Position numbers and translations under genes: made by a program. A model generated the notes under the pieces. The model was not told the DNA's origin, searched no databases, and worked only from the letters and a program-made list of their open reading frames with translations. A stretch of DNA of 64,000 nt from Octopus sinensis (taxonomy: Eukaryota). The stretch lies in assembly GCF_006345805.1 (NCBI RefSeq), contig NC_042997.1, forward strand, positions 135,904,001-135,968,000, in the 5' to 3' direction. Of the stretch, positions 53,487 to 64,000 are shown in pieces; the stretch's first letter is position 1, and the number at the start of each line of letters is the position of its first letter.

Positions 53487-56400
53487 TCGAAGTATCTTTC
53501 AAACTGACAAAAGGCCATTATGAAAAGCTTCTTCATATTTTCACAGTTCAAGAACAGCAACAGCTAGAAAATCAGCAGCCACAACAACAACAACAACAGA
53601 ATGAGCCACTCCTGGTTCCCAGCACAATGGCTGACCCTAACATCGGTCAAGCACAACAACAACAACAACAGCCACAGCAACAAGAACAACAACAGCCACT
53701 CCTCAACTCTAGCTTACTAGATGATTCACTAAATGCCAGTATCTTTTCACCGCTCTCACAGCAACCACCACAATTATCATCATCATCATCACCACCGCTG
53801 CCACCATCGTCTTCTATCACCAAAAATACCAACAGAAAACCAAATAAGAAACCACTGCCCTCTTCCTCCACATCACCACCTCAATACTACTGCAGTAACA
53901 AAAACTTAAAGAAACATAGGAAGCAGAATGCGCCCCCCACGGCACAAACAAGAAATCCCCAAATATGCCGCTATTCACTGCGCCAGAGACTCTGCACAAA
54001 TAGTGACTGCATCTTCACGCATCTACCCGGCACTAGACGCACTACCGGCCAAGGCCAAAGCACGCATCCCACAATCACATCAACACCACCAAATAGTAAA
54101 TCGAAATTCAAAACACACACAACTCGGAGTCCCAAAATCTGCCGGTATTCCCAACGTGAGAGAACATGTCTACTGAGTGACTGTCCCTTCACTCATCTTC
54201 CAGGGACCCGACGCACAAACAGAAACGGGGCTTCAAGCCAACACACACAACCTGAATAAAAATAAAATAGAAACACACCATGCTGCAGTAATGCTGGTCC
54301 AGTCTTTTCAGGAAGACACAAAAACAACAACAACAAAAGTGGAAACTACAACCCTATCCAACAGTGCAACCACACCTCCAGCCAAAAACTGCTCCCTAAG
54401 CAGGAAAATTCTTTTTAGCCATGTTGAACATGGCAAAAGAGATACACAAAACATTCTAGCCATCACTCAACACCATCCTATGCTATTACCCCAGTGCACC
54501 AATTCCCCACGTTGCTGCCACTAACACACACAAAAAATCCAAGCCCCCTGCAACAGTCAAAACCAGCCACTACACTAACCTCCACATTCCTACTCAATGC
54601 ACAAGGTGTCAGCCCTTCCATCAATGCACAAAAATGGAGGTCCAATTTATTGAAGACTGGGTGGTAACCATTCACACCACATCCCTTTCTTCATTCTCAC
54701 TGAGACCCACCTTGACAACTCCCACTTGGAAGCCGAAGTGAGAGTGAAGAATGTCACAACCATCCGCGCGGATCGTATCGGCAGGAGGAAGGGTGGAACT
54801 GCCATTTTCCTGCATGATTCATTTACGGCAGATGGAAATAGTATATTCTCCAATGGCTACTTCTCACGTCACCGTGCACAACAAAGCCAATGACCTGACA
54901 GTAATTGGGCTCTATAGGCCGCCCCAAACACCCATACTGTGCTTTAAAAGAATGCCTCAACAGCATTAAGTGCTTTATTCAACAGTGCCATTCTAAGCAA
55001 CATACTCATGATGGGAGACTTGAATCTACCCTGTGTTGACTGGACTACAAACTGTTTGAAACCAAGCACTCCCGCCTCAACCGCAGACAAAGAAGCAGCA
55101 GAGTCACTTTTCGACTTTACGAATGAGTTTTTCTTGTCCCAACTTGTCCTTGCACCAACAAGACATCAGAACATTTTGGACCTAGTGTTTAGTAACCACA
55201 CTAACACTATACGTAACGTTACAGTGGAAAAAACCCTTCTTTCAGACCATGACATGGTTCTCTGTAACATGAAATTCCACCAGCCGAAAGCTAATCCTAG
55301 TGACCTTCCTCCAGCCACCCATTTGACAACATGGATCTCCATAATGCCAACTGGGATGCAATCAGGAACGAGCTATCACATGTTGACTGGTCCTTTACAC
55401 ATACACACATCTCCACCAACCATAAAACATCTTGGCAGATCTTTGTAGACACCGTCACAGACATATGTGCAAAACACTCCCCACCAAGACCTGTGAACAA
55501 AAAGTGCAGAATCCCCCAAAACAGAAAAACCATTATCAGAAAAAAAAGAACAAACAAAAAAAATTAACAAACTAAAGTACTGCCAACAGCAACACACACA
55601 TTCGACGGCTATCGCACTGCTTGAATCCAAAAAATATAACCTCCAACAATGCATGAAGACCCTCATCAATAACCAAAGATCAGCTGAGGAGAAGTGGGCC
55701 ATTGAAAAAATCAAACTCAACCCCAAAGTGTTCTTTTCATTTGCGAGGAAACGCAGGGTCACTGTCTCCGCTGTAGGCCCTCTAATTGACGAACTGGCAC
55801 TCTCCAAGATAATGCCAATCCATGGCCGAGATACTGCAGAAACAATACTGCTCTGTTTTCAGCAATCCTGATATGGCCGATCTGGGCTGTATCAGTGATG
55901 TCAACCCCCAACACACTATATCGGACATAACGTTTAGTGACCCTGATGTCTTAGCGGCGATAAACGAAAAAAACACAATTCAGCAGTAGGCCCCGATAGG
56001 TTCCCTGCTGTGTGTCCTGAAGGTGTGTCGACACCAACTTGCATCTCCCCTTGCTAATCTGTGGAGAAACTCACTGGATGCTGGCTATATTCCAAAAAAC
56101 CTTCTGTCCCAGTCTGTTGTCCAGTTTTCAAAAAGGAAAACAAGTCCCTTGCAGTGAATTACCGTCCGATCTCACTCACCTCTCATATCATCAAGGTATT
56201 TAGAGGGTGGTGAGATCCCGAATAACCAATTTCTGGAAAGCACAGACGGCTGATCTCCAACCAACATGGGTTCCGTAATGGAAGGGACTGCCTAACGCAG
56301 CTCCTGCATCACTTTGAGGACATTTTGAGAGCTTTGGGAGAGGGCTCCAACACCGATGTCATCTACCTTGATTTCAGTAAGGCCTTCGACAGGGTCGATC

Positions 56401-57613
56401 ACAAGATCCTATTGAAAAAACTATCTAACATTGGTGTCTCTGGAAAGTTACTGAAATGGATCAAGTGTTTCCTGACAGACAGATCTCAACATGTTGTAGT
56501 TGAAGGGGTAAAATCAAGCCCAGCCAAAGTCAGTAGTGGCGTTCCGCAAGGCACTGTGCTGGGCCCACTTCTTCTTTTTTTATCATGACATTAATGACAT
56601 TAATGACATCATCAAGCACAGCAACATAAAAATCTTTGCAGATGACTCCAAGCTACAGAAGGTCATAAATGAGGCGAGTGACCGGACATGCCTTCAGTCA
56701 GATCTACTGGCTGTTATCCAATGGGCAGAAAAAAACAATATGCTGCTGAACGAGGATAAATTTGAGCTAATCCACTTTGAAAAGAGGATGCCCTGAAACT
56801 CCCATACTCCCTTCCTTCAGGTGAAACTCTCGCGGCGTCCAACAACATCAGAGACTTGGAGTAATTGTGGACAACAACATAAGCTGGGCCACTCATATAA
56901 ACACTAAAGTTGACATGGCCCGCAGAATGTGTTCCTGGATTCACAGAAATTTCCAGTCGAGAGATATCCACACCATTATCCTTCTCTTCTCCACTTTTGC
57001 CCGACCCCACCTTGAATACTGTTGTCCACTGTGGTCTCCCCACACAATACAAAGTATCATAAAAGTTGAAGCACCTCAAAGGGCAATCACAAAAAAGATA
57101 GATGGCATGACAGGCCTCGACTATTGGGGTCGACTAGAAAAGCTAAAACTCTATTCTCTCCAACGTCGTCGTGAGCGCTACATCATCTGCATGATGTGGA
57201 AAATATTCCATCAGCATTGCACAAATGATGTTGGCATCACCTTTAAGGTACATCCAAGGCTTGGGCCCCGTGCCATACGCCCAAAACAAAAATCGCACTC
57301 TCATCTCATAACAACAATACGGCACAATTATTTCACCTCAATTGGCCCCGCTCTCTTTAACATTACACCAAAACACATTAAAACAGAAACTGACCCTATA
57401 GGGTTCAAGAAGTCTTTGGACAGATTCCTTCAAGAAATCCCGGATAAACCCCCTACACCCGGATATGTCTCTGTAAACAATAACTCTCTACTTGAGTGGG
57501 CCATAGTGCCCAAATTCTGACTTGAAAGACTTCACCAGGTGGTGCTATTAAGTTAGACATGGCCTGGGCCAATAATGGCCGAAACCTATGAAAGTATCAA
57601 AGTATCAAAGTAT
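53487..57613 (+). mobile_element. Near full-length CR1-clade LINE (5'-truncated ORF1, frameshifted ORF2)
   Basis: APE motifs LNAQG, ILTETHL, RADR..GG, GLYRPP, GDLN, LDLVF, SDH; RT motifs NYRPISL, QHGFR, YLDFSKAFD, GVPQGTVLGP, FADD; 3' stem-loop and (AAAGTATC) tail repeats. Confidence 0.93.
53489..54259 (+). pseudogene. CR1 ORF1 remnant with poly-Q/low-complexity region and two CCCH zinc fingers
   Basis: CRYSLRQRLCTNSDCIFTH and CRYSQRERTCLLSDCPFTH (C-x8-C-x4-C-x3-H), directly upstream of the APE domain. Confidence 0.75.
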
Positions 57614-57636
57614 ATATATATATATATATATAATAT

Positions 57637-57717
<81 letters not shown>

Positions 57718-57780
57718 GTATATATATATATGTGTGTATGTGTGTATGTATGTATGTATATATGTACGTGTGTTTGCGTG

Positions 57781-57831
<51 letters not shown>

Positions 57832-58629
57832 ACATATATATATATATGTATATATATATATGTGTGTGTGTATGTATGTATGTATATATGTACGTGTGTT
57901 TGCGTGTATATATATATATATATATATACATAGAAGGTTGTGTGTTATGGCCGTTCACAGAGTGACCATTGGTTTCGCACCTATAAAGCGCTTAGCAGTG
58001 AAGGCGTCTCCTGGGACGCAAATGGCCGAGGTAGAAAAATCTCTCTACAGCTGAAGGATGGTACAAATCAGACCTGGCGAAGATGTCTGAGCCTGGCGGT
58101 CGAAAAATGGGGAATTAGAAGTTCCAACCGAAATTTCCTGTGAAAAAGGACACTCATGAAACACCTCTTTTTTTTAAGTTTAAAAACATTCCCGAGCCAA
58201 GTGAGGTTTTCAGGATTCTTGCTCTTTTGGCCAAGAAAAGCTAAAAAGTTTCGCTCCCGTTGAGATATGGCTGCGGTTCTTCACGGAATTTCCATTTAAT
58301 TATGAATGGCGTACGCCCCACTTTTAAAAACTATACGTAGTTGGTCAGCAGCTGTTTTCCACCCTAATGAGATCCTGTGGATGCTTAGACGATGCTTGAA
58401 CGAATCACTTGTAGAATTGTAGAATTTACGCCTCTTTAATATTGTACTGGTGGTGTTAAAGCTACTGATGTTGGTTTCGTTTTTGCCGCCGATACTGCTG
58501 ACACTACCGGGTCCGTTGCTTGCGGTGCGATTGGTAACACTGACGTTGTTGCTAGTACTGCAGGACGCGACCCTGGGTCGCAGTTGTTGCCAACAAGGCT
58601 GCTGTTGCTGTTTTCGAAACAGTTATATA

Positions 58630-58820
58630 TCGCCATGATTGACTGCTAAACCCACAAGTTTTTTTTTAATTCTTTCTGTTTATTTCCTCGTGTTCCTTCC
58701 TGTTGAAGAGCGTAAGCTCGAAACGTAAAATACTTTTTCACCTTCCCGGGCGTCAAACTAATATACCTGCTTGTTGTATATACATTTGTCTTCGTCTTTT
58801 GTTTTTCTGTAAACATCAAC

Positions 58821-58822
<2 letters not shown>
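58630..58822 (+). mobile_element. Family H2 element with variant hammerhead-like motif at 58697-58730
   Basis: CUGUUGA-A-GAGC-GUAA-GCUC-GAAA-CGUA; downstream ~95 nt aligns with 13826-13910 and 52681-52775; ends at (TA)n. Confidence 0.75.
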
Positions 58823-58874
<52 letters not shown>

Positions 58875-58876
<2 letters not shown>

Positions 58877-59045
58877 CATTCAGAGATCGAGGTTTAGGAA
58901 GAAAGTTAGTTTCAAGTAATCCATAGCAAATATTTAAAACAACTTCCAGGGACAATAGCGGTTTATCGATATGGAAGGCTGTGGATTTATTCGTATCGAA
59001 GTCCGATAAGTTGAAAAAAGTTGTTTTATATTTCATGGTAGGCAA
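58875..59045 (-). pseudogene. Possible Penelope-like ORF N-terminal remnant
   Basis: FFNLSD..LLSLEVVLNICYGLLETNFLPKP resembles the NLS..L..GL.F.P.P motif that precedes PLE reverse transcriptases. Confidence 0.3.
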
Positions 59046-59659
59046 CCAATCTTACCGGGTATGTGAATTAAAAGCAAGAGTTAAGACATGGAGTAGATAA
59101 AAGGGGACTACATATGTTTCATAGCGAGCAGGACCTCGGAATGTGGTAAATATCCAAGCGAGGTGTATACCGCAAGCTAATCTTCAGGCCAATGGTATCC
59201 TGATTAAATGAAAGCTTACATTGTCGTAAGGAGGTGCATGTAAATACACGAAATATTTATTCAGAATGCGTAGAGAGCACAGTAGGAGTGGAGAATATGA
59301 ATGTAGAGGGAAATTAGGATTAAAGAAGGAAAAAGAAAAATACATAAGGGTGTGAGAAGAAAGAGGAATATAAGCAAGGCCATTTGATCGGTAGTATTCA
59401 ATAGAGCTATTTAGGCCGAATCACGGAAATTAGCAAGGGGAAAGGTATTTGAAATTAGGATAATGTGGAGGGGAGAGGATGGGGAAATATTTTTGGTCAA
59501 GTGGAGGAGGAAAACCTTATGCATAAAGAAAGCAAGATAGAATGGGCAAGAATCTTGGCGGCTACTACTAGCAAACAATTAAGTAGTGCATATTGTGTGC
59601 AGTAAGCGTATTTATAGTATGAAGTAGTCGAAGTGTATGTTGGCGTTTGTACTTGTAAG

Positions 59660-60463
59660 TTTACAAAGGAGGTAATTTTACTTTGACTTTTCTTAGTGCA
59701 AGCTTTGGAGAGTGCTGTTCGATTTTAATAGTTGCTTTTTCAAAGCTATAATGAAAGTGGCAAAGGAGCATATTCGGCATATTTGACTTTATGAGTTCAA
59801 AAAGGCAACAACGCAACGGAAAGTGCGAGGCATATTTAAGCAGTTTATGGGGATCGGAAAATAAGCGTAGGCCAATGTCAATGGTGGTTCGAGAAATTCC
59901 GAGCCGTAAACTACAGCCTGGAAGATGAGCCACATCCTGGAAGATCTGCAGAGCTCGACGATGAAGTCCTGCAAACATTGGTGGAACAAAATTCCATAGT
60001 AACTGTTGAGGAACTAGCAGAGAAGCTTCGATTTGGATATTCAACCATTCAACTACACATGCCCTAGAATTAAAACGACCATCGTCAGTTTCAAGACGAA
60101 ATGTGTTCTTCTATCAGCATAATGCTCGGCTACATACAGCGGCGATGACATTCCAAAGACTGGAGCAGTTTCAATGGGAAACGATGCTCGACCTACCATA
60201 TTCGCCAGACATTTCCCCATCTGATTGTCAATTTATTCCGCAGTCTTCAAAATCATTTGGACGGAAAAAAATATGAATTCTGTAGGCGAGGAGTATTTTA
60301 CGTCATAGACAAGTGAATTTCGGAAGCGGGGCCTTGCAAGTCTACCAGATCGATGGAAGAACATTGTAGAAAATGAAGGGGAACATATTTTAGCTCAAAA
60401 TATAGTAATTTTGAAAAATAAAAGAATTATGAAAAGAAACTGCATTATTTAGTGTATGACCCA

Positions 60464-60464
<1 letters not shown>
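59660..60464 (+). mobile_element. Internally deleted mariner transposon
   Basis: From ATG 59751: MKVAKEHIRH..YEFKKGNNATE..WFEKFR..LEDEPHPGR; later HNARLHTA, PYSPDISPSD; right TIR-like end ATGACCCAG then (TA)n. Confidence 0.88.
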
Positions 60465-60533
<69 letters not shown>

Positions 60534-60616
60534 CATAAGGGTAAATAGAAATTAGAATAATTTATTAACAGTGGTTCGCATGCGTTATAAAATTCATAAG
60601 ACAACATATTTTCATG

Positions 60617-61526
<910 letters not shown>

Positions 61527-63594
61527 CAATTTCATTTATAATTACCAATTCGCTGTAACAAATAGTCCGTCCACAAAATTGCATCTTTCATATTTGTTTC
61601 TTTTATTGTTCCTGAAAACCTTCACATCCATTGATTTAACAAGCTAAGTACAACCTTGTCCAAAGAACACCAATGCATTTTTCAATTCTTCTTTTGTGGA
61701 ACCGAAGCTTCTCTCTTGTATACGAAGTATCAAAGAATGTCCCCTATCCCGGAACTGCAAATCATTTATTAGATTTACCCTGACCGCGCAATACATTTTT
61801 ACACAATAAATTTTTAGCATCAGATATATTTCCCGTTAAAGTCATTTTCTAAATTTGCTGTTTCCTTTATGCTGCAAGCAGTTTATTATTGAGCTTGTTT
61901 CTAGGAATCCGGTTATATCAAACATTGTTTTGTTTTCGTTTGTTTGCTTCTCACACTATCTTTATGTGTTCAAATTTACATTTCTTAAGCATCTATTTTA
62001 TAGAATATTCAAAGTTCTATATAAACTGATTCATGGCTGTTTATATGTTTACAAGTGTAAATATTTTATGTAATATAGTAATATATTTTTGCAAAATACT
62101 TTCTAAATACTGTATTGACATATTTCTGAAAGTTCACTACTTTTTCATTTTGAACAAAATTTATTCTCAAATGACATCCATTACTCCATCAACAATATTG
62201 CCAATTTTTAACAATTCCACCATTTGTCACTAGATTAAACTTTCATCGAATTTCATCGATTTTAGCCAAATTGCAAGAAGAAGAAATCTCCTGGTGAAAT
62301 CTTTTAAAGTTTCCTTCGATTAGCTGTAGAATTTAATCAACACCCATAATAACTAAACTGGATTAGTTATTTGAAATGGTTCCTTCGTTTGTCTTTTTTT
62401 AGTAAGTGCTCTGGAATGTTCTTGCCTTCAAAAGTAAATATTTAAAGAATCAAATGAAGTTCAATTACGGAAAGAGCAATATTTAATTTCATCGTGCAAC
62501 AAACGATTTATTTAACTAATGTTTTTGTATCCATGATATTTTTAATAGATTGTCATGTTTCAAATCTTGGAAAGAAAGAACAATCAATTAAAAAAAGGTT
62601 TAAAATAAGAGTTGTTTCTCGTTTCGGTGTACTTTTGCAGCATGCAATTCATTTCCTCGTAATGTTATTTGTATTATAGAATTAAAGTTTATTTTGAATT
62701 AAACTTTTTTCTCTTGAAGTTCCATTAAAATGACATTCATACCCTCCGGATTTTATAATACCTAAAATAATGTTTATGAAAAAAATTAAATACAAACATC
62801 ACTGCGTTGTTCTTTGAGTAGTGATAATTGCCTCTCATTGTAAGATGCTATTGCATTCATACCGTTAGAAACCACCTGCCAGAAATTATTATTAAATTAG
62901 TAATCATATTTTTTTATTTGAATCCTTATTATAGTGATGCAAATATACATGCCTTTACAAATAAAATTCAGAACAAAAATTGGGCACCAAGCATCCCATT
63001 TCTACTATGCATGTTATTTAATAAAGTACGAACATTTTTCCTTTATTTTCCTTTTTTCATTTTGTTTTTTTGGGGTTTTTTTTGCTGACAGTCACTTTTT
63101 CTCAAAACCCAAATATAACACTCTGCAACACTCATTCACTGCAAATATCTACACTCCTATAGTTTTGTCTACTACATTATCTTTTTATCCTTTTTATATC
63201 ACTTCTGCTCACAAATACAATTTACATTGTTTTCGCAGACCATATTTTTATAGCTATTATTATTTTGAAAAAGAGACGAAAATAGTGTTTGCGTATGACA
63301 ACTGAATCTGAGCATATTACTTTTATTCGTGAGTTTATATGTAAGCGTGTGTGTGTATATTTGTGGGGGGATGTTTAACTATTTCCTCCTTTCAAATTAA
63401 CTGTTTTACCGTTTACCAAATTATTTCTAAATAAGTTCATATGTAGTCTTCAAAAAATGATTCAAAAATGTGATGTCAACAGACAATATTGTTACTTTAT
63501 AAAATTATATGTTATACTAATAAAGTTTCATGCGCAGTTACTTGTCCCACTGTAAATAACAACAAAAGTTCGATCACATCCCAACAAAGAAGAT

Positions 63595-63676
<82 letters not shown>

Positions 63677-63724
63677 TAGCTGCTTTCTGGTATACGAGCA
63701 AAGCCATTGCTAGAAAGAATCACT

Positions 63725-64000
63725 GAAATGAGTCATTGTTGGTGCATTGTGAGGCCCCTGTATGACTCTTGAGTCTGGCGGAAGATTTGCACCTTCTGTT
63801 GCATAACGTGCAGCTGTGCTGGCTGGCAGAAGGAACAAGTGCCACAGTATGATCTATTTTGACTTTTCAATACTCCAACTGAGAGGCACACCTTTCCACG
63901 GGTTGCACATGTTCTCTTGTGAACAATAACCATATCACAATTTACCATGGATCGATTCCTGTGTGTTCACTGATGGCTGACCAAGCCCGGACAACTCCAG
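63725..64000 (-). mobile_element. 3' fragment of an RTE-like LINE, cut by window edge
   Basis: Minus frame ..GIDPW*..HSCTLCNRRCKSSARLKSH: C2H2-like finger typical of RTE C-termini; in-frame stops. Confidence 0.45.

Noticed and set aside
53408-54259. Poly-Q zinc-finger host gene
   Set aside because: Directly upstream of and collinear with CR1 ORF2; the annotated start lies in a microsatellite; interpreted as ORF1
57567-57586. GGCC-AATAAT-GGCC-GAAAC as a hammerhead
   Set aside because: No CUGANGA upstream; fits the 3' stem-loop of the CR1 element
57964-57998. Minus-strand hammerhead-like fold (CUGCUAA..GCGC/GUGC..GAAACC-AAU-GGUC)
   Set aside because: Two essential core positions differ, no stem I, single copy

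Overview
AT-rich eukaryotic (animal) genomic DNA made up largely of microsatellites and transposable elements. The repeat repertoire (tRNA-headed SINEs, RTE-tailed SINE, DD37D/Tc1/mariner relics, R4/Dong-like and CR1 LINEs, abundant (TA)n) points to an octopus/coleoid cephalopod; this is an inference. No intact host gene can be established, only a few weak candidate exons, and most listed ORFs are translations of microsatellites or antisense frames of TEs. Main elements: a head-to-tail cluster of four R4/Dong-like RLE retrotransposons in an (AAT)n array (21.6-28.0 kb, one near full length), a near full-length CR1 LINE with a tandem-CCCH ORF1 (53.5-57.6 kb), and a 6.6-kb non-coding palindrome (28822-35403). 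The most notable signal is a set of at least three unrelated non-coding, mostly (TA)n-adjacent element families, often arranged as inverted pairs. Each carries a minimal type-I hammerhead-ribozyme-like motif facing outward about 85-105 nt from the element end. One motif is structurally complete (both ends of the giant palindrome) and two are core variants. This looks like a family of Penelope-like-derived, ribozyme-bearing foldback elements. Self-cleavage is untested.
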